A stretch of DNA of 32,005 nt from a virus (lineage: Duplodnaviria; Caudoviricetes): IMG/VR virus record IMGVR_UViG_3300006483_000006, positions 1 through 32,005 of that record; one strand, given 5' to 3'. This document shows, piece after piece, positions 18,007 to 25,712 of the stretch. The notes beneath the pieces were generated by a model that was given only the letters and a program-made list of their open reading frames with translations, was not told where the DNA came from and searched no databases. The stretch's first letter is position 1, and every line of letters begins with the position of its first letter. The position numbers were made by a program, and so were the translations under genes.

Positions 18007-19475
18007 AGTGAGTAACCTCCATACATTCTGCCGGACTGGAGCGGCATGGCCGTGGCCACGTCCCACTCCCCGCCGCACTCGCTTGTCTTGGCCGCGAACA
18101 CGGCCAGGGCGGCGGCAACGCCGGCGTCGCCGTGACGCTGGCCGGCCTTGTCCTGGGTGCGCGTATCCGGGATCTTGGCCACGCCCTTGACCACCTTGAA
18201 GGCACGCAGATCGTCCAGGACATGCGCGTCCCTGGGCAGGCTCATGGTCTTGTCCTCCAACTGGCTTTTGAGCTTGGGCATGTGCTCGCGGTACCAGCCC
18301 TCGGAGAGCATGACCTCCTGAATGCGGTCCACGCCGTAGCGCTGTCGGGCGTACTCGGCCAAGGCCTGGCCGTTGCCGCGCGCGTCGAGCGCGCCGCCCG
18401 AGAAGCGCGGCAGGCGGTCGGCCAGGTGAAAGAGAATTTGCTCCTGGGTGCGGAAGGGCGCGTTGCGCAGCTCCAGCACGAAGGGTGTGTGCAGAAACAA
18501 GCTGGCCAGCTCCTGGAGCGGCCAGATCACGGTCAGGTCGCCGCTGCGCCCGAAGTCCTCGCCGAAATAAGAGCGGCTGCCGCTGTCGAGCCGACATAGC
18601 AGCGGGTCAAGCTCGGCCTCGCACCAGTCGCGCACCTCGCGCCAGGCGCGGTCCAGCGGCCAGTCCACAAATTCATCGGCCGGAGGCGTCCAGCGCAGCA
18701 CAGGCACGTCCTCACGCATGCAGCCCTCGATGAGGTTGCGCGTGAGGTAGGCCCCGGAGCCCTGGCGCGGGACGCAATACAGCTCCTCGTCGGCGCCGTC
18801 GCCATACTGCTCCACGAGTCCGGCCCGCCAGGCCGCCTCGGCCTCGGACGTCCAGCCCTGGCCCTTGACCTGGCAGATGCGCCGGTACAGGCCCTGGGAA
18901 AGGGCGTCGTCCAACGTGGTGCGGTGCAGGGCATATTTGAGTTTGCCGGCGCGGATGTCCTGCACGTACCCGTTGAACGGGTTGTCGTCGCCGTTATGCG
19001 TGCTGAGCACAGCCACGTCGCCGCCCCACATAATGAGCGCCAAAGCGGCCTTGAGCAGCTCGGCCAGGTCCTCCACGAAGGCAGCCTCGTCGATGCGCAC
19101 GCGGCCTTGCTTGGAGCGCAGGTTGTTCGAGTTGCTGGACAAGCCCTGGACGACGAAGCCCGAATTGAATCGCACCTGGTAGATGGTCACGTCCTTGTCG
19201 CCGTCGCGCAGGACGATCTCCTCCATATCTCCGGCGGCCAAGTCGAAGATGCGCGCCCACGCGGCCACGTCGCGCACGTACTGGCTGGTCATGTCCTTGT
19301 TGTAGCTGAGGTAATAGGTGGACATGCCCCCGGCGTCCTTGGCCTTGGCAGCGACCAGGGCACTGTCCGCCGCATCGGCATAGGACGCACCAATGCGCCG
19401 GGACTTCTCCCAAAATTTCACGGGCGAGCGGTCTTCTACCCAGGCCCGCTGGTATGGCAGCAGCATGCCTTCCAT
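18003..19475 (-). CDS. Terminase large subunit (Mu gp28-like)
   Basis: LLPYQRAW, EKSRRIGASY, IDEAAF, STHNG, GEDFGRSGDL, DARGNG, HGDAG. Confidence 0.96.
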   Translation of the reverse strand: MEGMLLPYQRAWVEDRSPVKFWEKSRRIGASYADAADSALVAAKAKDAGGMSTYYLSYNKDMTSQYVRDVAAWARIFDLAAGDMEEIVLRDGDKDVTIYQVRFNSGFVVQGLSSNSNNLRSKQGRVRIDEAAFVEDLAELLKAALALIMWGGDVAVLSTHNGDDNPFNGYVQDIRAGKLKYALHRTTLDDALSQGLYRRICQVKGQGWTSEAEAAWRAGLVEQYGDGADEELYCVPRQGSGAYLTRNLIEGCMREDVPVLRWTPPADEFVDWPLDRAWREVRDWCEAELDPLLCRLDSGSRSYFGEDFGRSGDLTVIWPLQELASLFLHTPFVLELRNAPFRTQEQILFHLADRLPRFSGGALDARGNGQALAEYARQRYGVDRIQEVMLSEGWYREHMPKLKSQLEDKTMSLPRDAHVLDDLRAFKVVKGVAKIPDTRTQDKAGQRHGDAGVAAALAVFAAKTSECGGEWDVATAMPLQSGRMYGGYSL

Positions 19476-20116
19476 CAGGCCCTCCCGAGGATTTTCTTTT
19501 CGATAAGTTCGGCCGTCTCGCGGCTGAGGCCCTTGGCCTTGCCGCCAGCCTTCTCTTCGGCCGCGTGCTGGGCCTTGAGTTGGGTCAGCAGGTCCATGCA
19601 GCCCTTGAGGTCGCGCATGCCGGCCACGTCCAGGGAGTCAGGGGCCGCCAACAGGGCATTCAGCTTGACTTCCAGCGCCTCGCCCAGGGCGGCCACGGCG
19701 TCGGCCAGGGTGCGTATCTCACGCCTGGGAGCCGCCAGGGCCTGGGCTGTCTGCGCGGCCAGCTTGCCGGCGCGCTCGGCCTCGGCCTGTTGCATGGCCA
19801 GGGTCTCCAATTTCGCGACGGCAAAACCGACCATGGGGTCCTTGTCCTCCAGGAGCGACTTGATCATCCTGCTCCTGGCCAGGACCAGGTCCGCGCGCAT
19901 TTCGGCCTGGGCCTGGGCGAGTTGCTCGCGCTTGTCGCGCCAGCCGTAGGCGTTGCACCAGCGCCAGAGCGTGGACGTGGCCACTCCTATCTGGCTGGCC
20001 ACCTCGTCCATGGGCAGGCGGGCCACGCAGTACAGCTCCTGGGCCTGCCAGACGGTCTCGGGTGGATGCTCGCGACGGCTGCCGCCGCTGACTCCGTCGG
20101 ATAAGGACCGTTCCAT
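19475..20116 (-). CDS. Putative terminase small subunit (N-terminal HTH)
   Basis: HTH MDEVASQIGVATSTLWRW...GW; coupled to TerL. Confidence 0.75.
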   Translation of the reverse strand: MERSLSDGVSGGSRREHPPETVWQAQELYCVARLPMDEVASQIGVATSTLWRWCNAYGWRDKREQLAQAQAEMRADLVLARSRMIKSLLEDKDPMVGFAVAKLETLAMQQAEAERAGKLAAQTAQALAAPRREIRTLADAVAALGEALEVKLNALLAAPDSLDVAGMRDLKGCMDLLTQLKAQHAAEEKAGGKAKGLSRETAELIEKKILGRA

Positions 20117-20122
20117 CCCGCC

Positions 20123-20416
20123 CTACCTCCGGGGAGAGGGTCGCTTGACGCCCGGCACCGTGACCCGGCAGCGCGCCACGTCCTCGCCGCGCTCGGTGAG
20201 CGTGGCCACAAGACACGGCCCGCCGGACAGGCGCACCAGCCCCTGTTCCTCCAGCCAGCGCAGTTCCGTGCGTAGGCGGTCGCGGCTCGGCGCAAATCCG
20301 TAGGGCTCGCTCTTGTCGAGCAGGATCGACTCATTCAGCGCGCGGCTGGGCACCTCCTCCAGCAGCCGCAGGATGGTGATGCGCAGGTGTTCGGTGATCA
20401 CCACATCGTAACTCAT
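20123..20416 (-). CDS. Mu gp26-like winged-helix protein, 97 aa
   Basis: RITILRLL, SRDRLRTELRWLEEQGLV, ATLTERGEDVA, VPGVKRPSP. Confidence 0.85.
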   Translation of the reverse strand: MSYDVVITEHLRITILRLLEEVPSRALNESILLDKSEPYGFAPSRDRLRTELRWLEEQGLVRLSGGPCLVATLTERGEDVARCRVTVPGVKRPSPRR

Positions 20417-20742
20417 TTCTTGTCCGCCCCTCCATTCAGCAGATAGGTCTCCTGGCGCTCCAGGATGCGGTCCAACTTGGCGGTGAGCGTTTCCAGGCCG
20501 CCGATGCGGGCGCCCACCGCGCGCACCTCTCCGCGCAGAGCTTCGATGCCCAACGCCAGCTGATGCACGGCCGTGGTGCCGGGCAGCTCGTCCAACCGCT
20601 CTTCGTTCCGACTGACGCGGGCGGCGAGCCCCACGTAGTCGCGCCGCAGACAGAGCAGTTCCCGGGCGACCCAGACCGCGAAGGGGATCACGACGATCTG
20701 CAACAGGCGCAGCAACAGGTCCAAAAACGCCTCCCAGCTCAT
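20413..20742 (-). CDS. Mu gp25-like (DUF2730-like) protein, TM segment plus coiled coil, 109 aa
   Basis: N-terminal TM segment, E.RL..LP motif, C-terminal YLL; directly upstream of gp26-like gene. Confidence 0.75.
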   Translation of the reverse strand: MSWEAFLDLLLRLLQIVVIPFAVWVARELLCLRRDYVGLAARVSRNEERLDELPGTTAVHQLALGIEALRGEVRAVGARIGGLETLTAKLDRILERQETYLLNGGADKK

Positions 20743-20957
20743 GCGCACCTCCCGTCTGCCTGGGTCTGGCAGGTGACGCACAGGCCGCAGCCCGGCACAG
20801 CGGCCAGGCGCGCGAGCGGGATAGGCTGCTCGCACTCGCGGCAGCAGGCCAGGCCGTCAATCAGCACGGGGCCAGGAGAGTCGGAGACTTCACGGGCGGC
20901 CAACGCCTCGGCCAGATACAGCGCCTCGGCGCGCTGGGAAATGTCGACTTCGTCCAT
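20739..20957 (-). CDS. TraR/DksA C4 zinc-finger protein
   Basis: MDEVD N-terminus; CRECEQPIPLARLAAVPGCGLCVTCQ. Confidence 0.92.
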   Translation of the reverse strand: MDEVDISQRAEALYLAEALAAREVSDSPGPVLIDGLACCRECEQPIPLARLAAVPGCGLCVTCQTQADGRCA

Positions 20958-21373
20958 CAGTCCTTGTCCCTCTTGTCCTTTTTCACGGCATCAAGCAGAC
21001 GCGGCACAACCTTCTCGGCCGAACGCCCGATGACGTATCCACCCAGGCCCAACTCCAGCAGGTCCCAGGCATGCTCGGAGAGTCTGTTGGGCAGCAGGTC
21101 CACCGAATCCAGCACGACGAGCACCAAGAAGGTGATCATGGTCACGGGCCTCCAGTTGGATTGCAGCCAGCCCTTGCCCGCCGCCTCGGCCGTGATTGCC
21201 TTGGCGCGCGCGTCCATGAGCCCGGTCTCGTATTGCAGCATGCGCTCGGAGAGCTGCACCTCCAGCTGCAGCAGGGCGCGCTGGGCCTCCAGGCGCTCCT
21301 TGTCCGACGTAAATTTGTCGATGATCTTGTTGACGGGCGACATGAGACCCGAAAGGAAGCCTGTGACGCTCAT
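20957..21373 (-). CDS. Holin (3TM / GTA-type); start may instead be TTG at 21385
   Basis: KIIDKF, AITAEA, WLQSNWRP, LGLGGYVIGRSAEK; adjacent to the endolysin. Confidence 0.85.
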   Translation of the reverse strand: MSVTGFLSGLMSPVNKIIDKFTSDKERLEAQRALLQLEVQLSERMLQYETGLMDARAKAITAEAAGKGWLQSNWRPVTMITFLVLVVLDSVDLLPNRLSEHAWDLLELGLGGYVIGRSAEKVVPRLLDAVKKDKRDKD

Positions 21374-21381
21374 GACTGTGC

Positions 21382-21828
21382 TCAAGGCCTGAAGAACATG
21401 ATGCCGGTCACTGCCACGGGCCAGTTGCGACAGTCGATGTGCAGCCAGGACACGTCGTCCTCGACACCGGTGATGTGGCGGTAGGCCTCGCGGTCCGGAT
21501 GCGTGCGCATGTCCTCGCGGATCTCGGCGGCAGTAACCTGCACCGGGACCAGGTCCAGCGCGCGGCCGAAGCGATGCTGGCTGAACTCAGCGCCGATGTC
21601 GGTGGACGGCAGGCGGAAGCCGCGCTGTTTGTGGCCGGCCTCGCCGCGCCACTGCCAGTCATTGCAGACCAGCGGCCCGTACAGCTCGCGCAGTTGGTCC
21701 GCGGCCCACAGGATGCGCCAGTCGAAAAGCGTCCACACGCGGCCGAGCATCCCGCGCGCCACCAGGCGGGCATGACAGGCCGGGCTGACCAGCTCTTGGG
21801 GACCAAAGTATTGGGGGACGTAGTGCAT
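21382..21828 (-). CDS. Endolysin, peptidase M15 family, 148 aa
   Basis: YF...ELV, RGFR, SQHRFGRALD, WLHID zinc-ligand motifs; AAGGAG RBS. Confidence 0.9.
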   Translation of the reverse strand: MHYVPQYFGPQELVSPACHARLVARGMLGRVWTLFDWRILWAADQLRELYGPLVCNDWQWRGEAGHKQRGFRLPSTDIGAEFSQHRFGRALDLVPVQVTAAEIREDMRTHPDREAYRHITGVEDDVSWLHIDCRNWPVAVTGIMFFRP

Positions 21829-21885
21829 ATGTGCGTACTCCTTGCGCCGGACGATAGCCGGGCGGGAAGCTCTTGCAGAGGGCTG

Positions 21886-21906
21886 TATGCAAACTATGCA
21901 AACTAT
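21886..21906 (-). promoter_or_regulatory. Tandem 9-bp repeat ATAGTTTGC ATAGTTTGC ATA, putative lysis/late promoter activator site
   Basis: Perfect direct repeat between the terminator and the lysin RBS, followed by TATCGT as a possible -10. Confidence 0.6.
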
Positions 21907-21936
21907 CGTGTCCTTGTTTTGCGGGCATGTGAGCGC

Positions 21937-21969
21937 AAAAAAAGAGAAGCGGCCCATGTGAGCCGCTTC
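21937..21969 (-). terminator. Rho-independent terminator closing the early/middle transcript
   Basis: GAAGCGGCTC-ACA-TGGGCCGCTTC hairpin followed by TCTTTTTTT. Confidence 0.85.
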
Positions 21970-21995
21970 GGATGGAGGGGGTATGGCGGGATGTT

Positions 21996-22436
21996 TCAGG
22001 CGGGAAGCATTTGCCGGACGCTGTCCGTCGTCACTCGCAACGGAGGCAGATCACTGGCGCGGACCAGGCGTCCATCATCGACATAGTTGTATATCTCGCG
22101 CTCGGACACACCGAGCACCCAGGCAGCCTCGTCAACACGCAGGACTAATTTGCTTTCAAGTAGCGCCCTGGCGCTCACTTGTGGCAGATAAGCAAAATAC
22201 CCTCGCGCCCGCCGCCGACTCCTGACAGGCAACGCCAGCTCAAACCCCTCCGGGTTGGCCAGGGCGCAATAGCGCCGGCAGCCAATGCAGATATAGTGCT
22301 GTTGTTTTTCAAACCACCGGGCTTTTTTTGAATTTGAACAGTCCAACTGCTCGTACACTATGGGCTGGATGTGGCCCTTATACGGCAAAAACTCGCGCTG
22401 GAGCATGCGCAACACATCCTCAATCTGCCTGCTCAT
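21996..22436 (-). CDS. Cys-rich protein with C-terminal excisionase-like HTH; candidate late activator
   Basis: C...CIGCRRYC; LRVDEAAWVLGVSEREIYNYVDDGRL; last gene before the terminator and lysis genes. Confidence 0.75.
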   Translation of the reverse strand: MSRQIEDVLRMLQREFLPYKGHIQPIVYEQLDCSNSKKARWFEKQQHYICIGCRRYCALANPEGFELALPVRSRRRARGYFAYLPQVSARALLESKLVLRVDEAAWVLGVSEREIYNYVDDGRLVRASDLPPLRVTTDSVRQMLPA

Positions 22437-22866
22437 GGATCACCTCCAGGTCATGGACCGGCACCGGATCGCGGGCGCCGATGCACTTGACCAGCCATTG
22501 TCCCGTAGCCAACTGGTATGGATCGCCGGCCGTCCAGGTCGCCGTAAAGAACGTCTTGTCGCCAATGCGCGCCGTGGGCATGCGCACCCGTGTGCCCCGA
22601 GGCAACACCGGGGCCTCGCGCGGAGCCTCCAGGCCGAGGACCGCCCCGAACTCGCGGGCCAGATAGGCGGCCAGGCCGGACAGGTCGAAAAATGTGTACT
22701 TGCTGCCATTGCAGGCCCAGCGGCCATTGACGCGCAGGCGCAGTAACCCCGGCTCGGAGCCCTCGGCATCGGGCCATTGGGCGGCATCGTATAACTCAAC
22801 CTTGAGTCGCGCTTTGCTCTCGGTGGTGAGCAAAAGGAGCGCCTTGCGTGTGCGGGATTCTGCCAT
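22420..22866 (-). CDS. Hypothetical protein, 148 aa
   Basis: Co-oriented ORF with GAGG RBS, overlapping the next gene. Confidence 0.7.
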   Translation of the reverse strand: MAESRTRKALLLLTTESKARLKVELYDAAQWPDAEGSEPGLLRLRVNGRWACNGSKYTFFDLSGLAAYLAREFGAVLGLEAPREAPVLPRGTRVRMPTARIGDKTFFTATWTAGDPYQLATGQWLVKCIGARDPVPVHDLEVIHEQAD

Positions 22867-22875
22867 CGTGTGCCT

Positions 22876-23100
22876 CTACTGCTCGTGTGCGGAAATATCG
22901 CGCACCAGGCGCGCGACCTCGTCCCTGGTCAGGTGCACAACGTCACCCGAACCAAAGACCATCTGGACAAATGGTTCGGGGCGGACCGGTCCGGCGACGG
23001 CAGCGGCCTTGGTCGCTTTGGCCCGCTTGCGACGCTCCTGCCAGGGAGCCCCTACCCAAATCCAAAAGATGACTATTCCGAGCCCCAATCCTTCGAGCAT
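22876..23100 (-). CDS. Small single-TM hypothetical protein, 74 aa (MLEGLGLG...)
   Basis: Hydrophobic N-terminus followed by a basic stretch; fills the gap. Confidence 0.55.
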   Translation of the reverse strand: MLEGLGLGIVIFWIWVGAPWQERRKRAKATKAAAVAGPVRPEPFVQMVFGSGDVVHLTRDEVARLVRDISAHEQ

Positions 23101-23114
23101 GTTTGTCACCCAAA

Positions 23115-23432
23115 TTAAGAATTTAACGTCATGACCGCCCGCGCCTGGGCGCGCAGGGTCTGCTGGCACTCTGTGCATGGCCGGGGGCCTGGCCGGCGGC
23201 AGCGGCTGCAGGCCACAGTCTCCAGGGCCGTGTAGATCCGCGCCTCGGGGTCATCGGTGGAGACCAGCGAGGCCCGGATGCGCGCCACCTGGCGCTCGGT
23301 GTCGCCGCCGTATCGCTGGCCGAGCACGGCGTAGACCATGCTCTTGGGCAGCCGGCTGCACCGCACGAAGCGGTAGACCGTGCCGTATAGCTGCTCGATC
23401 TCGGCCCGCAGTTGCGCCAGGTCGATCGACAT
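23115..23432 (-). CDS. Putative HTH DNA-binding protein with C-terminal CxxC...C cluster
   Basis: 105 aa; GTVYRFVRCSRLPKSMVYAVLGQRY; CSRC...CTEC. Confidence 0.7.
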   Translation of the reverse strand: MSIDLAQLRAEIEQLYGTVYRFVRCSRLPKSMVYAVLGQRYGGDTERQVARIRASLVSTDDPEARIYTALETVACSRCRRPGPRPCTECQQTLRAQARAVMTLNS

Positions 23433-23433
23433 C

Positions 23434-24510
23434 TCACGCGCCCACCGCCTGCTGCTGATTCAGAAACCGCTGGGCGAACTGATTCAACCTTGGGGCTGAA
23501 ACGGTCTGTTTGCCGGCTTTGGCCAGGTCAAAGTGATTCAGGAGCAGGGACACGTCGCGGGGATTGACTCCCTCGCGCCTGCTCCACTCGCGCTGGCTCA
23601 GGCCAGAGACTTGGATGCACGCGGCCACTCGCTTCTGCAGCCGCTTGATCAAAAATTCCGTGGGCTGAATCACTGTTTCCGAGGCCTGGTTCATTTCAGG
23701 CGCGGCGGGTGTTTCAGATGATTCAGCCGGATCCGTTTCAGCAGGCGCGGGTGATTCAGGCGATTCAACCTCGGCTGAAACAGGCGTTTCAAGCGCCTCC
23801 GCCTGGGCCGAGGGCGCCTCGGGCTCGGAAACGACCTCGGGGCTGACAACCGGGGTCAGGGCCTCCAACTCGCCGCAGGCAACCCGAGCCCTCGGGGCTG
23901 GCTCGCCCGTCTCGGCGCTCTGACGCCAGCGCCGGCCGCACATGGCCGCCATGCTCGCCGCACCGGTCTGCAGGAGCAGCAGGGCCAGGGCCTGCAGGCC
24001 GCAGGCGGCCCAGGTCTGCCAGGGCAGGCCGGCGGCCGTGGCGTTGGCCAGGCTGGCGCGCTGTGCCTCCAGCTCCGCGATGGCCAGGCGAGCGTCATCG
24101 ATACGGCCGTGCCAGCCGTAGCGGCCCGAGGCCGTGATCTCCAGGTAGCGGGCCAGTTCCGCGCGTCGGGCCTCCATGGCCGCATCCAGGCGGGCCAGTT
24201 CGGCTGGCCGGGCGTCGGCGGCCGTGCGCGCCTCGATGAGCGGCCGGCTGACCATGTACAGCGGCCCGGCCAGCAGCACGGCCGTGGCCACGACTCCGAG
24301 CAGACCGCACCCGAGCCTGGCCGCCCAGCCGCGCGCGGCAAAGGCCCAGGCTAGCCACACGGCAGCCAGCACGCCCAGGGCCACGGACAGGGCCGGGCCG
24401 GCCTGGGCGTGGAAATGGGCGCGCCAAAACGCCCAGCCGTGGATCTGGACCAGGGCCTCGCAGCCGATAAGGATCAGGCCGGGGATGATCAGGCTCGGGA
24501 TGCGTCGCAT
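23434..24510 (-). CDS. Multi-TM membrane protein with coiled coil, P/E/S/A-rich linker and C-terminal XRE-like HTH
   Basis: 358 aa; about 4 hydrophobic segments; LSQREWSRREGVNPRDVSLLLN; AAGGAG RBS. Confidence 0.8.
   Translation of the reverse strand: MRRIPSLIIPGLILIGCEALVQIHGWAFWRAHFHAQAGPALSVALGVLAAVWLAWAFAARGWAARLGCGLLGVVATAVLLAGPLYMVSRPLIEARTAADARPAELARLDAAMEARRAELARYLEITASGRYGWHGRIDDARLAIAELEAQRASLANATAAGLPWQTWAACGLQALALLLLQTGAASMAAMCGRRWRQSAETGEPAPRARVACGELEALTPVVSPEVVSEPEAPSAQAEALETPVSAEVESPESPAPAETDPAESSETPAAPEMNQASETVIQPTEFLIKRLQKRVAACIQVSGLSQREWSRREGVNPRDVSLLLNHFDLAKAGKQTVSAPRLNQFAQRFLNQQQAVGA
23456..23792. repeat. Cluster of 12 YGWTTCAR octamers in both orientations
   Basis: GWTTCA cores start at 23457, 23481, 23535, 23711, 23720, 23735, 23753, 23762, 23786 (+); TGAAWC cores at 23497, 23666, 23776 (-). 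Confidence 0.88.
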
Positions 24511-24522
24511 GATAGGGCTCCT

Positions 24523-24636
24523 TTATCGCGCAAAAATCAGGGCCAGCAGAAAGGCCAGGAACGGATGGTCGGACAAGGCCAGAAGAAAGCAGAAAAACAG
24601 GACCAGGCCGTTCCACATGGATATTTCGAGGGACAT
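24523..24636 (-). CDS. 37-aa hydrophobic membrane peptide MSLEISMWNGLVLFFCFLLALSDHPFLAFLLALIFAR
   Basis: ATG overlaps the gemA stop (TGATG); its TAA runs into the AAGGAG RBS of the next gene; absent from the ORF track. Confidence 0.7.
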   Translation of the reverse strand: MSLEISMWNGLVLFFCFLLALSDHPFLAFLLALIFAR

Positions 24637-25115
24637 CAAATCACCTCGGCATTGTCCGGGTCGATGCCGCGCTTGTTGCAGCGGTTGTGCAGGTCCTTGC
24701 TCAGGGTCTGGAGATGCGATTGGTCCTTGAGCCAGGCAAACTGGGCCACGCCGAACTGGCGCTGGCAGCGCTCATTCAGATAATCCAGGCTCCAGCCCAG
24801 CGCCCGAACCTGGGCCAGGATGCGCCGCTTCTGCCGGGCGTTGGGGTCGCTGTCCGGGATCGTCACGAAGATCCGCGCCTGGTCGGCCGCCTTGGCCGTC
24901 TTCTTGAGCCCGGCGGGTTGCGCCGGGCCGGCCCAGCCCCTGGCCACGAAATGGTTGAGCAGTTGCGAGAGCTGCGGGACGGTCAAGCCCCTGGAGGACT
25001 CGACGCCGTACAGCTCGGCCAGCATGGCGCGGTATTCGGGGTCGGACAGGCCCAGGCCTTTTTTGGCGATGTGGATCTTGGCCAGCAGGCCCTTGCGGGC
25101 GGTGTGCTTGCTCAT
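24636..25115 (-). CDS. gemA: GemA / Mu gp16 (DUF1018) family protein, 159 aa
   Basis: LAKIHIAKKGLGLSDPEYRAML...GVESS..LT..QL. Confidence 0.9.
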   Translation of the reverse strand: MSKHTARKGLLAKIHIAKKGLGLSDPEYRAMLAELYGVESSRGLTVPQLSQLLNHFVARGWAGPAQPAGLKKTAKAADQARIFVTIPDSDPNARQKRRILAQVRALGWSLDYLNERCQRQFGVAQFAWLKDQSHLQTLSKDLHNRCNKRGIDPDNAEVI

Positions 25116-25681
25116 CTCTGCCTCCTCTTGAGTTGCTCGACGGCGGCCTTGGCCTTGGCGGCGATGTCTCCGGTGTTGACCTTGCGCGGTGCGCTCTCCC
25201 AAGCCGCCGGCTGATAGGCCGGGCAGGTCGGCTCGGACCTGTGCGGTGGATGGCGCAATGACTCCTCTCTGCGGCGCAGAGCCGCCTCGCCGGCCTTGTC
25301 GGCCTCGCCGTAGGCGATGGTGCGCAGCAGGTTGTGGCCTTTGAGCGGCCTGGTCAGAGTGCCCGCCGCATCCTTGCCAAGCACATGCTCCATTGCCCGC
25401 AGCCAGTATTCCGGGCGGTTGTCCAGGATGCGCCGCCCCTCCCACTGGATGGTGGGCTTGCTCACGAGGGCGAGCAGCTCCTCGGCCAGGGCGCGCGCCC
25501 GAGACCAGGCCAGCCCGCGCGCCGAGCCCGGCCGGCGGAACAGCGCCAGATAGCGCGGACCGTGCGCGGCCAGGCCTGGCGACAGGCCCACCAGGGCCTC
25601 CAGGGTCTTGCGCGCGTCCAGGTCCAGCGACCAGGCGTCCAGCGAGCAGAGCGCGCCGCAGGAGGGGCAGGCTAGGCGCAT
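25112..25681 (-). CDS. Mu-like phage hypothetical protein with N-terminal CPxCG, 189 aa
   Basis: MRLACPSCGA..SLDA, YLALFR, L.WSRA, LTRPLKGHN.L; GGAGG RBS. Confidence 0.8.
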   Translation of the reverse strand: MRLACPSCGALCSLDAWSLDLDARKTLEALVGLSPGLAAHGPRYLALFRRPGSARGLAWSRARALAEELLALVSKPTIQWEGRRILDNRPEYWLRAMEHVLGKDAAGTLTRPLKGHNLLRTIAYGEADKAGEAALRRREESLRHPPHRSEPTCPAYQPAAWESAPRKVNTGDIAAKAKAAVEQLKRRQR

Positions 25682-25712
25682 GGGGCCTCCAGAGTGGTCA
25701 TGATAGCCCTCC

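Noticed and set aside
16429..18597. Extended N-termini given by the track (portal 722 aa, spike 430 aa, 456-aa ORF at 11211, gemA 269 aa and others)
   Set aside because: Extensions overlap upstream genes; downstream ATGs with an RBS or stop-start coupling fit better
21890..21915. Possible sigma-54 promoter (GGACACG...TTGCA)
   Set aside because: GG-to-GC spacing is 12 nt rather than the required 10; TTGCA is better explained as part of the 9-bp repeat
23456..23792. CRISPR array or simple coding tandem repeat
   Set aside because: Units are 8 bp, irregularly spaced, in both orientations and in several codon phases
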